Shown here piece after piece: positions 61,934-64,000 of a stretch of 64,000 nt of DNA. The position numbers and the translations under genes are program-made. Numbering within the stretch: the stretch's first letter is position 1; every line of letters begins with the position of its first letter. The notes under the pieces were generated by a model. The model saw nothing but the letters and a program-made list of their open reading frames with translations, was not told where the DNA came from and ran no database searches. Source of the stretch: Rhizodiscina lignyota (taxonomy: Eukaryota); contig ML978121.1 of NCBI GenBank assembly GCA_010015805.1, positions 2,542,001 through 2,606,000 of the forward strand. Reading direction: 5' to 3'.

Positions 61934-62921
61934 GTTTGACTCGACTTTGACGAAGTGGCTATTAGAGAAGAGAGGGAGAGAAAGTTGAATGTCTCTGAAC
62001 CTGCTGAGGAATCAAATTCGCTAGCGAAGGTGATACAATGCGATTTCGAACATCATGGCGGAGGTCACTAATACTATTTGTATCCCTCCCTCACAACTTC
62101 TTGCAGGCCCTCTTGCTGTTCATGCGGATGTAGTTTCATCTCAATTTTCCTCCGACTGAGTACGTTGTGGGTCTTCTGCCTGCCATCGCTAAGCCATACA
62201 CTCGACGATATCGCTTTGTCATTGTGTATCAAGAAGGAGTTGTTTAGTCATTGACATCTCACACAACTTAACTACAGCATGGATACCGGAGACGGAAATC
62301 CTTCAATGTAAGTGCAAACTTTCGGAGACGATTGAGCTTTAGGTGTTGCTAACATCCATTTCCGTCGGCTCGATCTGTCGGATTACTGAACCCATTTCGC
62401 ACGGGGTTTAAGGGGCTTGCCGACAACATCTTTTCACAAAGCCAAGGGAAAAGGATTCGATCTCGATGTATTTTAGCGAATAAACATGTCCCGCCGACTC
62501 TACCGACATGTCAGCCGCAAATGGGAGGGCTTACCCGCGCCCTGCATGTGGCGCCGCTATCACTTTATGGATCAACCCACGACAGGTTCCTTACTTCCCA
62601 AATTGGAATTCTTTACTTCCCGATTTGGAAGAATTCTGCTAGTACGAATCATCAATAGGTATAAGAGCTGATTATTGAGCTCTCCGAGGCCTCTCGAGTG
62701 CGGTACAATGCACTTTCAAATCTCGTTACATTACGCCGAGGCAGGGTTTCGGCATATTCAGTGCTCAAATTATTCTCTTATTGCGCATTCTGGCAACCGC
62801 CATGTCCTCTTCCTCCTGGACGAATGCAGATATGGGCGTGTTTGACAATTTCCCTTCCTCTTTCCTTCCTGCATATTACCTCTGCTTATTCAAGCGACCG
62901 GAGGTGATTACGCATCTCCAT

Positions 62922-64000
62922 TCAACTCGTCTGTGAGCTTTGAACATCTTCCTTCAGTATCCTGTTGAGTTCTTCGCGCTGTACGCAGTTCTCCAGCTTG
63001 AACGACGCTGCTATCTCGTCCAGCTCGTCGAAGCTCTTGTCTTTGAAGTACGACGCATACTCGTACGTCAACACCTCGGAAGCGAACAACTCTCGGACGA
63101 CACGATAGACATGGCCTTCGATACCCCACATGTGAGGGTATCTCTTGTTGTGAAGGTGCTCTGGGATCTCTGATCTTAGGTGCTCCAAAAGAGGTTCGTA
63201 GTATTTGCCCGAATACTTGTCGTCTCTTCCCCACCTGTCGAGACCCATTCGTTTCTTCTTCTCCAAAAATGGCTTCAATAGCCTCATGTATGCGGAGTTC
63301 GGGCTGGCGTACACCATTCCTGGGCGCTGTCAGCCACGTTGGGAAAAAGAGGCACATGCTCAACTCACCCTGGAATCCAATGTCCTTGTACAGCCAAATC
63401 TGGATCGCACATTAGTCGACGTCAGCCGCCAGCGAATCGACTCGACTTACGCTGTGGCCCATATGCGCTTTCCTGTAGATTTCTAACTGTTTCGCTAGAA
63501 GCTTAAATCTTCCTTCATTAATCTTCTCGTAATCGTCACCATCGTCTGGGCTCGCGTAGACTGGGCCCCACTCGCCGTTCCAGCCAGGCACGCCATGCTC
63601 TTGCATGAACACCATTTTGCGATCGAACTGCCTTTGCAGTACACTGTCTTGCTCCGCGGTCGCGACGTACTGCTCTCTCATTGGAAAACCGTACCCGGCA
63701 TAATCGTGGAATGCGTACACGGTATTGGGAAGGATATTCTTGAAGGCGGAAAAGTCCATGGAGTACGTGTTCCCGTCCAGGAACAAGATGTGGTTCGGGT
63801 CGACCTTGCGGATCTCTTTCTCAATGCGATTGTAGAACAGCGGAACGTTGACATGCTCCGGATCTGCGGGTTCGTTCATCGGATTGTAGCCGGCAATCCA
63901 GGTGTTGTTTGCATAGTACTTGGCAAGTTCAATCCACAATTGCACCACCCGGTCCTGATGGTCTTTGTAGTCCCAGAATAAGGCCTTGTGCAGGCCAGAG
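62922..64000 (-). CDS. Glycoside hydrolase family 5, 3' part only (GH5_22-like)
   Basis: Acid/base GYNPMNEP, FHDY, nucleophile WNGEWGP, then spliced IWLYKDIGFQG|MVY; the 5' end lies outside the window. The subfamily is inferred. Confidence 0.88.

Noticed and set aside
1..64000. tRNA, rRNA, CRISPR arrays, telomerase template, intact transposase or reverse transcriptase
   Set aside because: No cloverleaf/T-loop context, repeat-spacer array, TAACCCTAA template or TE protein motif seen by eye; small ncRNAs could still be missed without a covariance-model search.

Overview
Eukaryotic, gene-dense DNA from a filamentous ascomycete (Pezizomycotina-like: mostly 45-90 nt GT..AG introns with CTRAY branch points). 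I support 28 protein-coding genes, two of them cut by the window edges. They include the divergent reductive-iron-uptake pair FTR1/FET3 with SreA-type GATA boxes between them, and housekeeping genes GPI3/PIG-A, PTC6, KAP95, HSP104 (with a perfect heat-shock element), CLC1, RTT103 and a WDR8/WRAP73-like gene. There are two glycoside hydrolases (GH1, GH5), a ~10 kb block of acyl-CoA ligase + bZIP + Zn2Cys6 + two SDRs, a 2OG-Fe dioxygenase, a carotenoid-cleavage oxygenase, a microbial-type PARG macrodomain next to an SRA/YDG protein, a FYVE protein, and a peroxisomal fatty-alcohol oxidase facing a Zn alcohol dehydrogenase. The most interesting signals are a canonical PCNA-binding PIP box at the N-terminus of the microbial-type PARG, a hidden in-frame alternative last exon behind importin-beta, and a 592-nt intron that splits the FYVE WxxD motif. 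I saw no tRNA, rRNA, CRISPR array or intact transposon. All calls come from motif recognition by eye; no database searches were run, and exon boundaries are manual.
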